From contig CAWCRS010000001.1 of NCBI GenBank assembly GCA_963798085.1, positions 224,001-288,000 of the forward strand: a stretch of DNA of 64,000 nucleotides, written 5' to 3'. The DNA comes from an uncultured Gemmatimonadales bacterium. Its GTDB lineage: Bacteria; Gemmatimonadota; Gemmatimonadetes; Longimicrobiales; RSA9. A program made the position numbers and the translations under genes. This document shows positions 47,761-57,907 of this stretch, piece after piece (position 1 is the first letter of the stretch; every line of letters begins with the position of its first letter). Under the pieces are notes generated by a model. That model saw nothing but the letters and a program-made list of their open reading frames with translations. It searched no databases and was not told the DNA's origin.

Positions 47761-50406
47761 TTGGCAGGGCCTTTGGGTTTCGTCGGACGGCGGACGGAGC
47801 TGGACCGCGTCACGAATGCGGTGGCGGGCTGCATCGAGAGTGGTGCAGGCCGCGCGGTGTTCATCGAGGGCCCGGCCGGTGTCGGCAAGACCACGCTGGC
47901 CACGGCGCTGATCGAGGAGTGCCTGGCGAAGTGGCCAGGGCTGGCGGTAGCCCGGGGCCGCTGCGTGCAGGCTTTCGAGAGCGGCGACCCGTACCTCGTG
48001 TTCGTCAATGCGTTGCGCGACCTGTCGGACGAATCGACCGCCGGGTTCGTGAGCCGCTCGACGATCTCGAGCCTGCTGAAGGAGCTGGCGCCGCACTGGC
48101 TGCAGGTGGTACCGGTGGTGGGCAACCTGCTGTCCGCGGCCATGGCGACGGCCACGGAGGTACAGGGCCGGCTGAAGAAGGCGGGCGCGCCCTCCCGCGA
48201 AGCGCTGTTCGTGCAGTACCTCGAGCTGATTACGCGACTGGCTCGCCAGTCCCCGCTCCTGCTCTTCCTGGATGACCTCCACTGGGCCGATCACGCGTCG
48301 CTCGCGTTGCTCAGCTATCTGGCGCGCGGTTTGGGGCATCTCCCTGTCGCCATTGTGGGCACGCTGCGGGCGCTGCAGGCGGAGCACACCGATCCGGCAC
48401 TCAGCCAGACCATTCTGGAACTGGAGCGGGAAGACCTGGCATTGCGGGTCCCGCTGGGAGAGCTGGATCCGACCGCGCTGGAGGATCTGCTGAAGGATGT
48501 GCTGCAGGGCGACGTCGCGGAGCCGCTGCGGCGCTGGGTGCACCGCACGGCCGGTGGCAACCCGCTGTTTGCCTCGGAACTCGCCCGGCTGCTGCTCTCC
48601 ACGGGCGGCATAGTGAACGAGCGCGGCGAGTGGCAGCTGACCGAAGCGGCGCAGCAGACCGAAGTGCCGCGTTCGGCTGAGGCCGTGATCGAGAAGCGCC
48701 TGCAGCGTCTGGCGCCCGAGGAGCTGAACCTGCTGCAGTACGCCAGCGTCAATGGCACCGACTTCGATTCCGCGGTGCTCGCCCGGTTGCTCGGCCAGGA
48801 TGAACTGGAGGTGCTGGACGCGCTGCAGCCGCTGGAGCGCAAGCACGGTCTGGTGGATTCGACGGGCGACCTGCCATTGCCCGATGGCGACATCGCAATG
48901 GCGTTCCGGTTCCGCCACGCCCTGGTGCAGACAGTGCTGTACCGGCAGGTCGTGGGCAAGCGCCGGATCCTGCTGCACCGCAAAGCGGGCGAGGCGCTGG
49001 AGACGCTGTATGGCGACACGGCCGATCAGGTTGCCGGCCGGCTCGCGCGCCACTTCCACGAAGGCCGGCAAACGGATCGGGCCCATCGGTTCGCGCGTGT
49101 CGCCGCTGATGCCGCGGCCGTCGTGTTCGCCAACTGGGAAGCCGTGGAGTACCTCGACATCGCGCTGAAGAATGCGAAGCAGCCGCTCGAGCTGGGCTGG
49201 GTCAACGAGCGACTGGGCGACATCTACGGCCTGGTGGGTCATTACGCCAACGGAATCGCGTGTTATCGCGCGGCGCACGCGACTGCGGATGAGGCTGCGC
49301 GCGTGCGCATCGAGCGCAAGATCGCGACGCTGGAGCGGCGCTCCGGCCTCACGCCGGCGCCCGAGCTGGCGCAGCGCGTGCGCGCGCTGCTGCCGCGCGC
49401 GCACGCTCCGGCCGAGCATTGCATGGTATTGCTGGAGCTGACTCGCCTGCCGGGTGGAACCGGGGCGACGGATCTGGCCTCCGAGGCGGTGCGCATTGCC
49501 AGCACACTGGAAGATCGCATGCTGCTGGCGGAGGCACTGGAGCGGCTGGCGGTTGCGCACCTGTTCGTCGAGGGCGGCGTGCAGGATGCCTTCCCGCATC
49601 TGCAGCGCGCGCTGGAGATCGCCGAATCCGTGAATGACCCCTCGCTGGTCGCGAAGTATCACAGCATCGCGGGCATTGCTCATGCGAAGTTAGGGCATTA
49701 CGCGGACGCGCGCATTGATCTGCAGGAAATGCTCAAGGCTTTCGAGCGCATGGGCAATCCGAACGGCATTGGCGCTGCCTGCACGAATCTGGGCGCCGTG
49801 CTGCTGCGTTCCGGTCTGTACGACGAAGCGGAGCGCATGCTCGATCGGGCGAGGTCGATACACGAGCGGCGTGATCGCGCGACCGTGGTCGAGTCATTGT
49901 ACAGCCTGGCCATGCGCGCTCTGCTTTCCGGCGACCTGGCGCTGGCGCTGGAGCGCTATGGCCTTTTGCTCGAGCACGCCCGCGAGTTCCAGCACTGGAA
50001 TTCGGAGGCGGTCGCGCACGCGGGCATGGGACTCTGCTGGCTGGAGCAGGGACGCGTTTCCGAGGCGAGGCAGGCGGCGGAGAGTGCGCGCGCAGCGGTC
50101 GCGGGCCACGATCACTGGTTCGAGGATCGCGACCTGCTCGAGCTGTTCCTGGCGCGACTCAATGCGGTGGATGGACAGCTGGACGCAGCGGTGGCGCGGC
50201 TCGCATCCGCGGCCGAAGCACTGCGTCCGCGGGATATCTACCTCTGGGCGCGCATCGAGCTGGAGCGTGCGCGCCTGCTGCAGCAGATGGACCTGGATGC
50301 GGCGGCGGATGTCGTGGACCGCGTTGCCGAGGCCACGGCCGGCATTCAGTCACCGCCCATCGCGTCGGCAATGTCGGCGCTGCGTGAGCGGCTGGCCGTC
50401 GCATGA
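47761..50406 (+). CDS. STAND-class AAA ATPase with C-terminal TPRs, no effector domain
   Basis: FVGRRTEL, Walker A GPAGVGKTT, Walker B LLFLDDLHWAD, GGNPLF, FRFRHAL, then TPR-like helices. TTG start approximate. Confidence 0.88.
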   Translation: MAGPLGFVGRRTELDRVTNAVAGCIESGAGRAVFIEGPAGVGKTTLATALIEECLAKWPGLAVARGRCVQAFESGDPYLVFVNALRDLSDESTAGFVSRSTISSLLKELAPHWLQVVPVVGNLLSAAMATATEVQGRLKKAGAPSREALFVQYLELITRLARQSPLLLFLDDLHWADHASLALLSYLARGLGHLPVAIVGTLRALQAEHTDPALSQTILELEREDLALRVPLGELDPTALEDLLKDVLQGDVAEPLRRWVHRTAGGNPLFASELARLLLSTGGIVNERGEWQLTEAAQQTEVPRSAEAVIEKRLQRLAPEELNLLQYASVNGTDFDSAVLARLLGQDELEVLDALQPLERKHGLVDSTGDLPLPDGDIAMAFRFRHALVQTVLYRQVVGKRRILLHRKAGEALETLYGDTADQVAGRLARHFHEGRQTDRAHRFARVAADAAAVVFANWEAVEYLDIALKNAKQPLELGWVNERLGDIYGLVGHYANGIACYRAAHATADEAARVRIERKIATLERRSGLTPAPELAQRVRALLPRAHAPAEHCMVLLELTRLPGGTGATDLASEAVRIASTLEDRMLLAEALERLAVAHLFVEGGVQDAFPHLQRALEIAESVNDPSLVAKYHSIAGIAHAKLGHYADARIDLQEMLKAFERMGNPNGIGAACTNLGAVLLRSGLYDEAERMLDRARSIHERRDRATVVESLYSLAMRALLSGDLALALERYGLLLEHAREFQHWNSEAVAHAGMGLCWLEQGRVSEARQAAESARAAVAGHDHWFEDRDLLELFLARLNAVDGQLDAAVARLASAAEALRPRDIYLWARIELERARLLQQMDLDAAADVVDRVAEATAGIQSPPIASAMSALRERLAVA

Positions 50407-51383
50407 GCGAAGCACTGGCGACCACGAGCCCGGGCGAAGCGTCGCTCGCTGCTTTCGCCGAGAGCCTTGCGACAGCGCGTGCGGGCACACCTGCCTTGTT
50501 GCTCTTCACGGGCAATGGCGGTGGTCCACGCAGCGAGCTGTCACTGCTCGCGCAGGACGCGCCCGCGGGGCGTGGCACGCGTGTAGTGGAAGTCGAGCCT
50601 GGCATTGCGGGGCGCTACGACCCGGTGGCCGCGGCGTGCCGCAACTGGCAGCAGGGCGTGGTGCGCGTTTCCTTCGAAAGCACGGGCTCGCGGCTGGCGC
50701 TCGAGTGGCTGCAGGTGCTGCCGGTCTGGGGTGATCTGCTGGCGGCGATCGCGGAGACGTGGCGCGCGCTGCGCGAGCGCAAACACGAAGGGCAGCGCGA
50801 TGTCGAAGCTGCCCGGCTGCTGCACGCCGCACGGCGCCGCCCGATCGTGCTGGTGCTGCACGACCTGCATCTCGCGGATCACGCGGCCGCGCATCGTCTG
50901 GCCGCGCTGATCGCACACGCGGGCGCGCGCTCGCGGCTTCTGATCGTGGGCGGTGTCGAGCTGTCGGCACAGGGCACGGCGCAGCCGGCGATTCTCGACG
51001 TCGCGGGGTTTCTGCCTGCGGAGCGTGTGCATGTGGAACGGCTGGCCACACAGGGCGGCGCCGTGCTCGACTCGCTCGCCGGCTCGTCACGGGACGCGCT
51101 CAATGCGGTGCACGCGGCCGCGGTGCTGGGTGATTCCTTCAATGGCGCCAGCGTCGCCCGCATGCTCGAGATCGATGAGCTGAGCGCGGAGGACCGGCTG
51201 GCCCTGGCCGTGCGCAGTGGCCTCATCCATGTGGCGGGTGTGATCGATCTGCCGGATGGCGATATCGTGACCGAGTACCGCTTCGAGGCCGGTGGCGTGC
51301 GCGTGGCCACTCTCGCCGCGATCCCCGCCGACGTCCTGACCAGACTGCGCCACCGCGCGCAACAGGCAAGACCCGTCCGCTGA
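50403..51383 (+). CDS. Inactive STAND-ATPase paralog
   Basis: ATGA overlap. Colinear similarity to the upstream protein (WLQVLPVWGDLL vs WLQVVPVVGNLL; VLHDLHLADH vs FLDDLHWADH; LPDGDIVTEYRF vs LPDGDIAMAFRF). Walker A degenerate (GNGGGPRSE). Confidence 0.8.
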   Translation: MSEALATTSPGEASLAAFAESLATARAGTPALLLFTGNGGGPRSELSLLAQDAPAGRGTRVVEVEPGIAGRYDPVAAACRNWQQGVVRVSFESTGSRLALEWLQVLPVWGDLLAAIAETWRALRERKHEGQRDVEAARLLHAARRRPIVLVLHDLHLADHAAAHRLAALIAHAGARSRLLIVGGVELSAQGTAQPAILDVAGFLPAERVHVERLATQGGAVLDSLAGSSRDALNAVHAAAVLGDSFNGASVARMLEIDELSAEDRLALAVRSGLIHVAGVIDLPDGDIVTEYRFEAGGVRVATLAAIPADVLTRLRHRAQQARPVR

Positions 51384-51492
51384 TCCGCCCGCCGCTGAGA
51401 AGCGCGGCACAACCTCCCGTTATCCCTCCGGAAGCCTGAAGTCACCCGGCCGCTTCGCCGCGCGCGATGCGGCGCTCCTTCGAACAGGCGTC

Positions 51493-53592
51493 ATGCTCGG
51501 CATCACTGCGCATTCCCGAACCAGGCTGTTTCTCACGTCATCCGTGGCGGCGCTGCTGGCGGTGGGCACGCCGGCGGCGGCGGGGGCGCAGGAGCCGTTG
51601 GGCGTGACCGCGGCGTTTGATAACAGTCGTTTCATCAGCGCCACTTCACCTCTGGACCTGCACCTCAGTCGGCCGCTCAATGCGGAGGAAGAGCGGGTAG
51701 CGATCTTCCTGGGCACGCTGGACCTGAGCGCACTGTACCAGCGCACCGGCGCGCAGCTGCGGTACCATGCGCGGGGTACCCGCCTGCCCGCAGGCGAGAG
51801 CGAGCTGATCGTGTACGCGGTGGCGCGTACGGGCGAATGGAACGAGATCGGGCGCGTGCCCGTGCGTCTACTCACGGCGGCCGGCTTCGAGAAGACGTCG
51901 ATCACGCCCAAACTCGCTGTCAGTAACAAGGGGCAGGTACTTGAAGGTCACGCGCCCGATGCGAATCGACCGCCTCGTCCGGCGTTCCAGGACTTCAGCC
52001 TGAATCTGGGTCTGCAGTCGGAACAGGTACGCGGCGGCTGGGCCCTGCGCACGCAGTCCAACATGCTGGGCGTGAGCAATCGGCAGGAAGCGCTGCGCTT
52101 CGGTGAACGGCAGGACGAAGCGCCCCGCCTCGACCTCGCGGACTACCTCGTCACGCTGCAGCACGGCGGCACCACGCTCACGGCGGGCAATCTCGCGTTC
52201 GGCAGCGAGCGCCACATCGCGAACAGCTTCGAAGCCAGGGGCCTGAGCGCGCGCTTCCATTTCGGGCCGGTCGCGTCTCTGTCGCTGGCCGGCATGAGTG
52301 GCAGCCGACTGGTCGGCTGGACGAATCCGCTGGGCATCGCGCAGCCGAAGCACCGCCTGCTGGGCGGCACGCTGGGCCTCGATCTCGTGCCCCACCGGCC
52401 GGGCCTGGTGCAGCTGGAAGTGTCCGCACTCAATGGGGATGCGCTGCCACAGGCCGGCTTCAATCGCGGCGCCATCACCAATGCGGAGCAGAGTCGCAGC
52501 GCAGGCGTGCGCGTGAACGCGAGCGATCCCTCGCAGCGACTGCATCTGGACGCCGGTTTCGCGCGCACGCGTTTCACCAATCCCGCCGACCCGTTGCTGG
52601 CGCAGGGCGCGACCCTGGTTGCCGTGCAGCCGGAAACGCGCAATGCGCACTACATCGATCTGTCGTGGGATGCGTTGCGCTCAATTCGCCTGTCGCCGAC
52701 GCTGCCCGCCAACCTTGCGTTCACAGTGCGGCACGAACGCGTCGATCCGCTCTATCGCAGTGTGGCCTCGCCGCAGACGCGCGCGGATCTGCTGCAGAAC
52801 GGTGTGCAGGCAACGGCGTCGGTCGGTGCACTCAGCGCGCAGCTGGTCCTGAACCGCGGTCACGACAACCTGGACGAGATCGCGACGATCCTCACCACGC
52901 TGACGCGCTCGGCCGCTTTCAACCTCGCGCTGCCGCTGAATGCGGTGCTGGGACCGACGCGCACGTGGCTGCCCATGATCACGTGGGGCCTCGCGCGCAT
53001 TCATCAGTTCGGTGACAGCGTGCCCACGCTGGGCGGGTTCACGCCCACGTTCGTGCCGGACCAGGTCAGTCTCAGCCACAACGTGATGGTGGCCTGGCAG
53101 GCGGCGCGCTGGCGGGTGCTGTACCAGCTCAGTCGATCGTCGCAGGACAACCGGCAGGAAGGCCGGGAGAATGCGGACCTGGTCAACACCGCGCACACCC
53201 TCTCGCTCGGCGTCACGCCGCTGCCCGTTCTTGATGTGGCTGTGGATGGCGGCCTCGAGAAGGCTGATAACCGCGAGTTCGCGCAGCACAACACGACGCA
53301 GCGGCTGGCCACACTGCTGACCTGGCGCTTCACCGCGCGCAATGCGGTGATCGCGGGGGTGTCGCACACGAGCGTGTCGGACGATCCGCGCACGTTCACG
53401 CAATCCGCGACGGACCTGCGCCTCGAGCTTTCGCAGCGTTTCACGCTGTTCCGTGCCCGACTGGATCGTGGCCCGGCGCAGGTGTTCGTGCGTTATGCCC
53501 GGCAATTCGGCGACCGTCTCGTGCCACCCGGCGCCGGCGATACCCGCCGCAACTGGAGCCTGAACACGGGGCTCACGCTCAGCGTGTTCTGA
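51493..53592 (+). CDS. Putative outer-membrane beta-barrel protein with N-terminal periplasmic domain
   Basis: Signal peptide (AGA-QE), many amphipathic beta-strands, C-terminal beta-signal WSLNTGLTLSVF. Confidence 0.75.
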   Translation: MLGITAHSRTRLFLTSSVAALLAVGTPAAAGAQEPLGVTAAFDNSRFISATSPLDLHLSRPLNAEEERVAIFLGTLDLSALYQRTGAQLRYHARGTRLPAGESELIVYAVARTGEWNEIGRVPVRLLTAAGFEKTSITPKLAVSNKGQVLEGHAPDANRPPRPAFQDFSLNLGLQSEQVRGGWALRTQSNMLGVSNRQEALRFGERQDEAPRLDLADYLVTLQHGGTTLTAGNLAFGSERHIANSFEARGLSARFHFGPVASLSLAGMSGSRLVGWTNPLGIAQPKHRLLGGTLGLDLVPHRPGLVQLEVSALNGDALPQAGFNRGAITNAEQSRSAGVRVNASDPSQRLHLDAGFARTRFTNPADPLLAQGATLVAVQPETRNAHYIDLSWDALRSIRLSPTLPANLAFTVRHERVDPLYRSVASPQTRADLLQNGVQATASVGALSAQLVLNRGHDNLDEIATILTTLTRSAAFNLALPLNAVLGPTRTWLPMITWGLARIHQFGDSVPTLGGFTPTFVPDQVSLSHNVMVAWQAARWRVLYQLSRSSQDNRQEGRENADLVNTAHTLSLGVTPLPVLDVAVDGGLEKADNREFAQHNTTQRLATLLTWRFTARNAVIAGVSHTSVSDDPRTFTQSATDLRLELSQRFTLFRARLDRGPAQVFVRYARQFGDRLVPPGAGDTRRNWSLNTGLTLSVF

Positions 53593-53597
53593 TCGGA

Positions 53598-54953
53598 GTG
53601 ATGATGATACCGGCCTCTGCACTGCAGCGGTTGCCGAATGCCGGCGTTGCCGGCGACTCCGGCCCTCGCCCTCGCCGGCGGGGTCGTGTCGTTGCCCGCC
53701 TGGCCGGTGTCGTCCTGCTGGCGCTGCGCGGCGCACAGCGTGCGGACGCACAGATCCACGTCAATCCCACGGGTGTCGACGTCAATGGTCAGGGCGCTAC
53801 CACGGTGTTCCTGACGTTCGGGCCGCTCATCGACTACGCGCCGGCGGAGTCCTTCTGGTGCGGCGAAGTGGTCGATGCGACGCCCGACATCGGCCGGCGC
53901 TGCAATGCGACGACGCTGTTCGGCGCGCTGCCCGCGCGTCTCGACCAAGCCCGCCTCCATGGCACGGGCTTTACCGATATCATGTCGATCCCGCCATCGG
54001 TCACCCGCCGCGCCTGGCAGGCCGCGGCCGCGGGAGCCGTCGCGCCTTTCTTCTACGTGCGCCGCTTCGTGAGCACACGGGGTGCGCCCGACCAGTACGT
54101 CGCGGTCACCTGCCGCCTCACGGGTGGCGGCGCGCGCGTGCCGCTCTCGCTGACCAATGTAAATGTCGCGTTTGCGGTGGAGACGCCGGTCCTGCAGGTG
54201 CCGGCCGGTCAGTCGCCGCCGCCGCTGCGCGCGAAGATCGCCTACACGGGCACGGGCCGCCTGGTCGGACGCTGGGAAATCGTGCGCCCGGGCGAGGAGC
54301 TGCCGGAAGCGCACGATCTGCTGACCGAGGCGACGCTGCCGCTGGAAGAGCGCGGCACGCAGAAGCGCTACAGCGAAATCCAGCGCTTCAACGTCTTCCT
54401 GGCGCCCGGCGGCAGCTTCACGCTGCCCGGGCCGGATGCCTCCCGCCTGCCTGTCAATGTCGAGGGCATGTACCTGCTGCTGCTGCGCATCGAGGCGAGC
54501 AATGACAAGGAAGGCGATTCCAATCTCTCCACGGTGGGCGGCACGGGTGTGGTGCACAGTGGTGCAGTCGCAGGCTTCCCCATGCCCGCACTGCGTTACG
54601 TGGTGGGGACCGGCGGCAGTGAGCAGTCGCCCGTCCGCGTCGACGAGTCGCTGCGTCTGCTGCTGCCCGCCGATAACGCCGTGCTATCAGGCGACCGGCT
54701 GGCGGCCTTCTCCTGGGTCGAAGACCCGCGCGCCGCACTCTACCGTCTGGAGATCGAGACCGCTGCAGGCGACGCCGTGCTGTCCGCGTTCGCGGAGCGG
54801 GGCCGGCCCTGGTACAGCCCGCCGCCCTGGCTGGCGCAGCGAGTGACCGAAGCCGGGCTGCGCTGGCGTGTGGTGGCGCTCGATGCCGGCGGCGGCGTGC
54901 TCGGTCGCAGCGCCTGGCGGCGTCTGGCACCGACGTCGGCGCCCGGTGGCTGA
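53598..54953 (+). CDS. Exported multi-Ig-domain protein, possibly PapD-like chaperone
   Basis: Signal peptide (ADA-QIHVNP). I.V.P..V N-terminus and IAYTGTGRLVGRWEIV...LAPGG..TL...G.Y.L segment. Chaperone assignment is inference. Confidence 0.6.
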   Translation: MMMIPASALQRLPNAGVAGDSGPRPRRRGRVVARLAGVVLLALRGAQRADAQIHVNPTGVDVNGQGATTVFLTFGPLIDYAPAESFWCGEVVDATPDIGRRCNATTLFGALPARLDQARLHGTGFTDIMSIPPSVTRRAWQAAAAGAVAPFFYVRRFVSTRGAPDQYVAVTCRLTGGGARVPLSLTNVNVAFAVETPVLQVPAGQSPPPLRAKIAYTGTGRLVGRWEIVRPGEELPEAHDLLTEATLPLEERGTQKRYSEIQRFNVFLAPGGSFTLPGPDASRLPVNVEGMYLLLLRIEASNDKEGDSNLSTVGGTGVVHSGAVAGFPMPALRYVVGTGGSEQSPVRVDESLRLLLPADNAVLSGDRLAAFSWVEDPRAALYRLEIETAAGDAVLSAFAERGRPWYSPPPWLAQRVTEAGLRWRVVALDAGGGVLGRSAWRRLAPTSAPGG

Positions 54954-55050
54954 CATGATCGCATTTCGCATCGCGCCCGTGCTCCGCACGCAGCGCCTTC
55001 GTCCACGTTGCACTGGCTGACCCATGACCCCGATGACAGAGGAGGGAATG

Positions 55051-56280
55051 ATGACCGCGCACAGATTGCAGGCGTGGATCCTCGCGGCGCTGCTGCTGGG
55101 GGCCGGCGGATCCCGCACCGGACTCGCCGCACAGAGCGGCGGAATCACGCTCAGCATCAATGACGTCACGGTCCCGTTCGAGACCAATGGCGGTGCCGGC
55201 CTGGCAACCTTCACAGTCTCGTTGCACGGCGGTTCGCACAACACCATCACCGTGTTCTTCTCGACCACCGGGGGTACCGCCACGGCGGGCAACCAGTGCG
55301 GCGGGTCCACGGACTATCTGAGCGTAAACAGTGCCGCCCTGACGTTCTCGCCGACAGACAGTGTCAAGCAGATCAACATCACCGTCTGCGGCGACACGCG
55401 GGATGAACCGGACGAGACCTTCTCGGTGAATATCTTCAACGCCAGTGGCGGCGCGACCATCCAGAAGGCGACCGGCACCGCGACGCTGATCGATGACGAT
55501 CCGCCGCCCTCGATCCGCATCAACAATGTCACTGTCACCGAGGGCAATGCCGGCGCAGTTGGTAACGCCGTGTTCACAGTAACGCTGTCGGCCGCGAGCG
55601 ACAACCAGATCACCGTCGCGTACACCACCGCCAATGGTACGGCCACGGGCGGCGGCTGTGGCACCAATAACGTCGACTACGGCACGAACTCCGGCTCGCT
55701 GACCTTTGCGCCGGGGCAGACCAGCCAGACTGTGAACGTGCCGGTGTGCGGCGACAACCTGCGCGAAGGCAATGAGCAGTTCCAGGTGCGCCTGTCCAAC
55801 CCCACCAACGCCACGATCCAGACCGGCACAGGAACGGCGACCATCAGCGACGACGATCCGCTGCCCGTGCTCAACATCGCGCCGGCGGACCTGTCGGTGT
55901 CCGAGCCGGCATCGCGGCTGGTTCAGAGTCACGCCGTCGTACACGTGACCCTGACAGGCGTCACAGCGCAGACGGTTTCTGTGCAGTACACCACCAACGA
56001 CAACTTCGCGCGCGGTGGAACGAACTGCACGATCAGCTTCAACCTTCCGACGAAGGGTACTTCCGGCACGGCGGGCGATTTCATCAGGCAGCAGGGCACA
56101 CTGACGTTCGCGCCGAACGGACCGACCACGCAGGACATCTCGATCCCGATCTGCTTCGACCTCGAAACATCCGAGGCGGACGAGAACTTCTCCGTGAAGA
56201 TCCTGAATCCCGCGAATGCGACGATCGGCAACGCTTTCAGCAAGATTACCATTCTTGCCGGCGGCAAGGACAACGACTGA
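55051..56280 (+). CDS. Secreted protein with three Calx-beta domains
   Basis: GGAGG RBS and signal peptide. Three repeats of TV.(F/Y).T..GTA....DY.....LTF.P......I.V.GD...E.DE.F.V.L.N...ATI... Confidence 0.88.
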   Translation: MTAHRLQAWILAALLLGAGGSRTGLAAQSGGITLSINDVTVPFETNGGAGLATFTVSLHGGSHNTITVFFSTTGGTATAGNQCGGSTDYLSVNSAALTFSPTDSVKQINITVCGDTRDEPDETFSVNIFNASGGATIQKATGTATLIDDDPPPSIRINNVTVTEGNAGAVGNAVFTVTLSAASDNQITVAYTTANGTATGGGCGTNNVDYGTNSGSLTFAPGQTSQTVNVPVCGDNLREGNEQFQVRLSNPTNATIQTGTGTATISDDDPLPVLNIAPADLSVSEPASRLVQSHAVVHVTLTGVTAQTVSVQYTTNDNFARGGTNCTISFNLPTKGTSGTAGDFIRQQGTLTFAPNGPTTQDISIPICFDLETSEADENFSVKILNPANATIGNAFSKITILAGGKDND

Positions 56281-56312
56281 GCAGTTCTAACACTCTGACA
56301 GGAGGAAACGCC

Positions 56313-57020
56313 ATGTTGGGAAACACGCAGTTCAGCGGACTGCTGGTGCGGGTGCGCCGCAATGCACGTTTCGGCGTGCTGGCTCTGCCACTGCTGGTGC
56401 CGCTGGCGCGCCGGACCGGTGTCGCGTCCGTCACGGTCCGCCCCGGCGACATTCCCGCCGGCTCGAGCGCCACGGGCACGGTGACGCTGGACGCTCCGGC
56501 GCTCGCCGGCACGCGGGTACAGCTGAGCAGCGCCGATCCCTCGGTCGCCACCGTGCCCGCCAGCGTGAGCCTGAGCGGCAGCGCCATTGGCACAAGCTTC
56601 AGCGTGAGCACGACCTCGGGCTCGGCGGGCTGCACGGAAGTCTCCGCGAAAGTGATGGCCACGCCCAAACAGCTGGCTACCGGCATCGCGCGGACCGCGT
56701 TCATCTATGTGCTGCCGGTGACGCCCGCCGGTTCGCCTGTGCAGCTGCGGCTGCAGTTCCCGCTGGTCGTGGGCGGCACGCAGCTTACGGGCACCGTTTC
56801 ACTGGCGAACCCGGTCTCGCAGAAGCTTCCGGTGTCCTTGAGCAGCAACAACCCGCAGGTCACGGTACCGTCCACCGTGTCCGGATTCGGCCGGCTCAAC
56901 TCGGGCACGTTCACGATCAGCACGACGGACTCGGGCCGCAACACGTGCGCCGTGATCACGGCGACGCAGGGCTCATCGGTGAGCAAGGCGTTGCTGAAGA
57001 TCGTCACTGCCGGCGGCTGA
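56313..57020 (+). CDS. Exported protein with two Ig-like beta-sandwich repeats
   Basis: AGGAGG RBS. Two copies of G...TGTV.L..P.....V.LSS..P.V.VP..V......F...T....C....A. Confidence 0.75.
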   Translation: MLGNTQFSGLLVRVRRNARFGVLALPLLVPLARRTGVASVTVRPGDIPAGSSATGTVTLDAPALAGTRVQLSSADPSVATVPASVSLSGSAIGTSFSVSTTSGSAGCTEVSAKVMATPKQLATGIARTAFIYVLPVTPAGSPVQLRLQFPLVVGGTQLTGTVSLANPVSQKLPVSLSSNNPQVTVPSTVSGFGRLNSGTFTISTTDSGRNTCAVITATQGSSVSKALLKIVTAGG

Positions 57021-57155
57021 CGCGGGTCTCCGGTGGCTGCCGGGCGGAGTCGCGCGTGGTCTTGCCGCGCGTGGCTCCGCCAGACACTTTGGGCACGCGA
57101 CCCGACGGTCGTGGTCGTGACGACGGCTGCTCATCGCCTTCAGGTCCGGTGGCCC

Positions 57156-57747
57156 ATGATTCGACGCTCAACCGCTCTGCTCTTCGCTGTACTCCTGCTC
57201 GCATCCTGCCAGAATCAGGGGGGCAACGGCAGCGCCGCCGGGGGCGGCATGACAATGCAGGGCACGCCGGTCGCGCTCCTCGACTACGTGACAGCTGCAC
57301 CCGCGAGCTGGCAGAGCCGAGCGCCGTCGAGCAACATGCGGCTGGCGGAATACGCGGTGGCGGGCGCAGCCGGCGGTGACAGTGCGGAAGTCGTCGTCTA
57401 CTTCTTTGGCGCCGGCCAGGGCGGCAGCGTGGACGCCAACATCGAACGCTGGAAGGGGCAGTTCACGGATGCTGGCGGCACCCATCCCGAACCGACCATT
57501 ACACGCATCAGTGATGCGGCCTTCCCCACCACGGTGGTCGAGCTGCGCGGCACCTATGCGCGCGGCATTGGCATGGGCGACCAGGCCGCACCCAAACCCG
57601 ACCAGGTCCTGCTCGCCGGCGTGGTCGAAACACCGAAGGGCAGCCTGTACATACAAGATGCACGGGCCCACCGCCCTGGTGACCGGGCAGAAGGACGCAT
57701 TCCTGCGCTTCGTGCGTCAGATCCGGCCGCATCCGCAGGCCTCCTGA
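57156..57747 (+). CDS. Lipoprotein, hypothetical (frameshifted at ~57655)
   Basis: Lipobox LASC. P..W...PSSNMR.A.Y, V.YFFG.GQGG.VDANI.RW..QF. The +1 frame continues MHGP...F..FV to 57747. Confidence 0.75.
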
Positions 57748-57907
57748 ACGGTCTCACCGCGGAGAGCGCGCGGCGCGCAGTGATCCTGGAAACCGGGCTG
57801 TGGCCGCCCTGGTTCCCATGAGGGGTCGCTAACGATTTGTTGGAATGTCGTTGCCGGCATTGACCTTGACTGCCGGAAGCTGATTCTGTTCAGCGGGTGG
57901 GTGTATC

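Noticed and set aside
57855..57895. Sigma70-like promoter (TTGACC/TTGACT)
   Set aside because: No adequate -10 hexamer at proper spacing.
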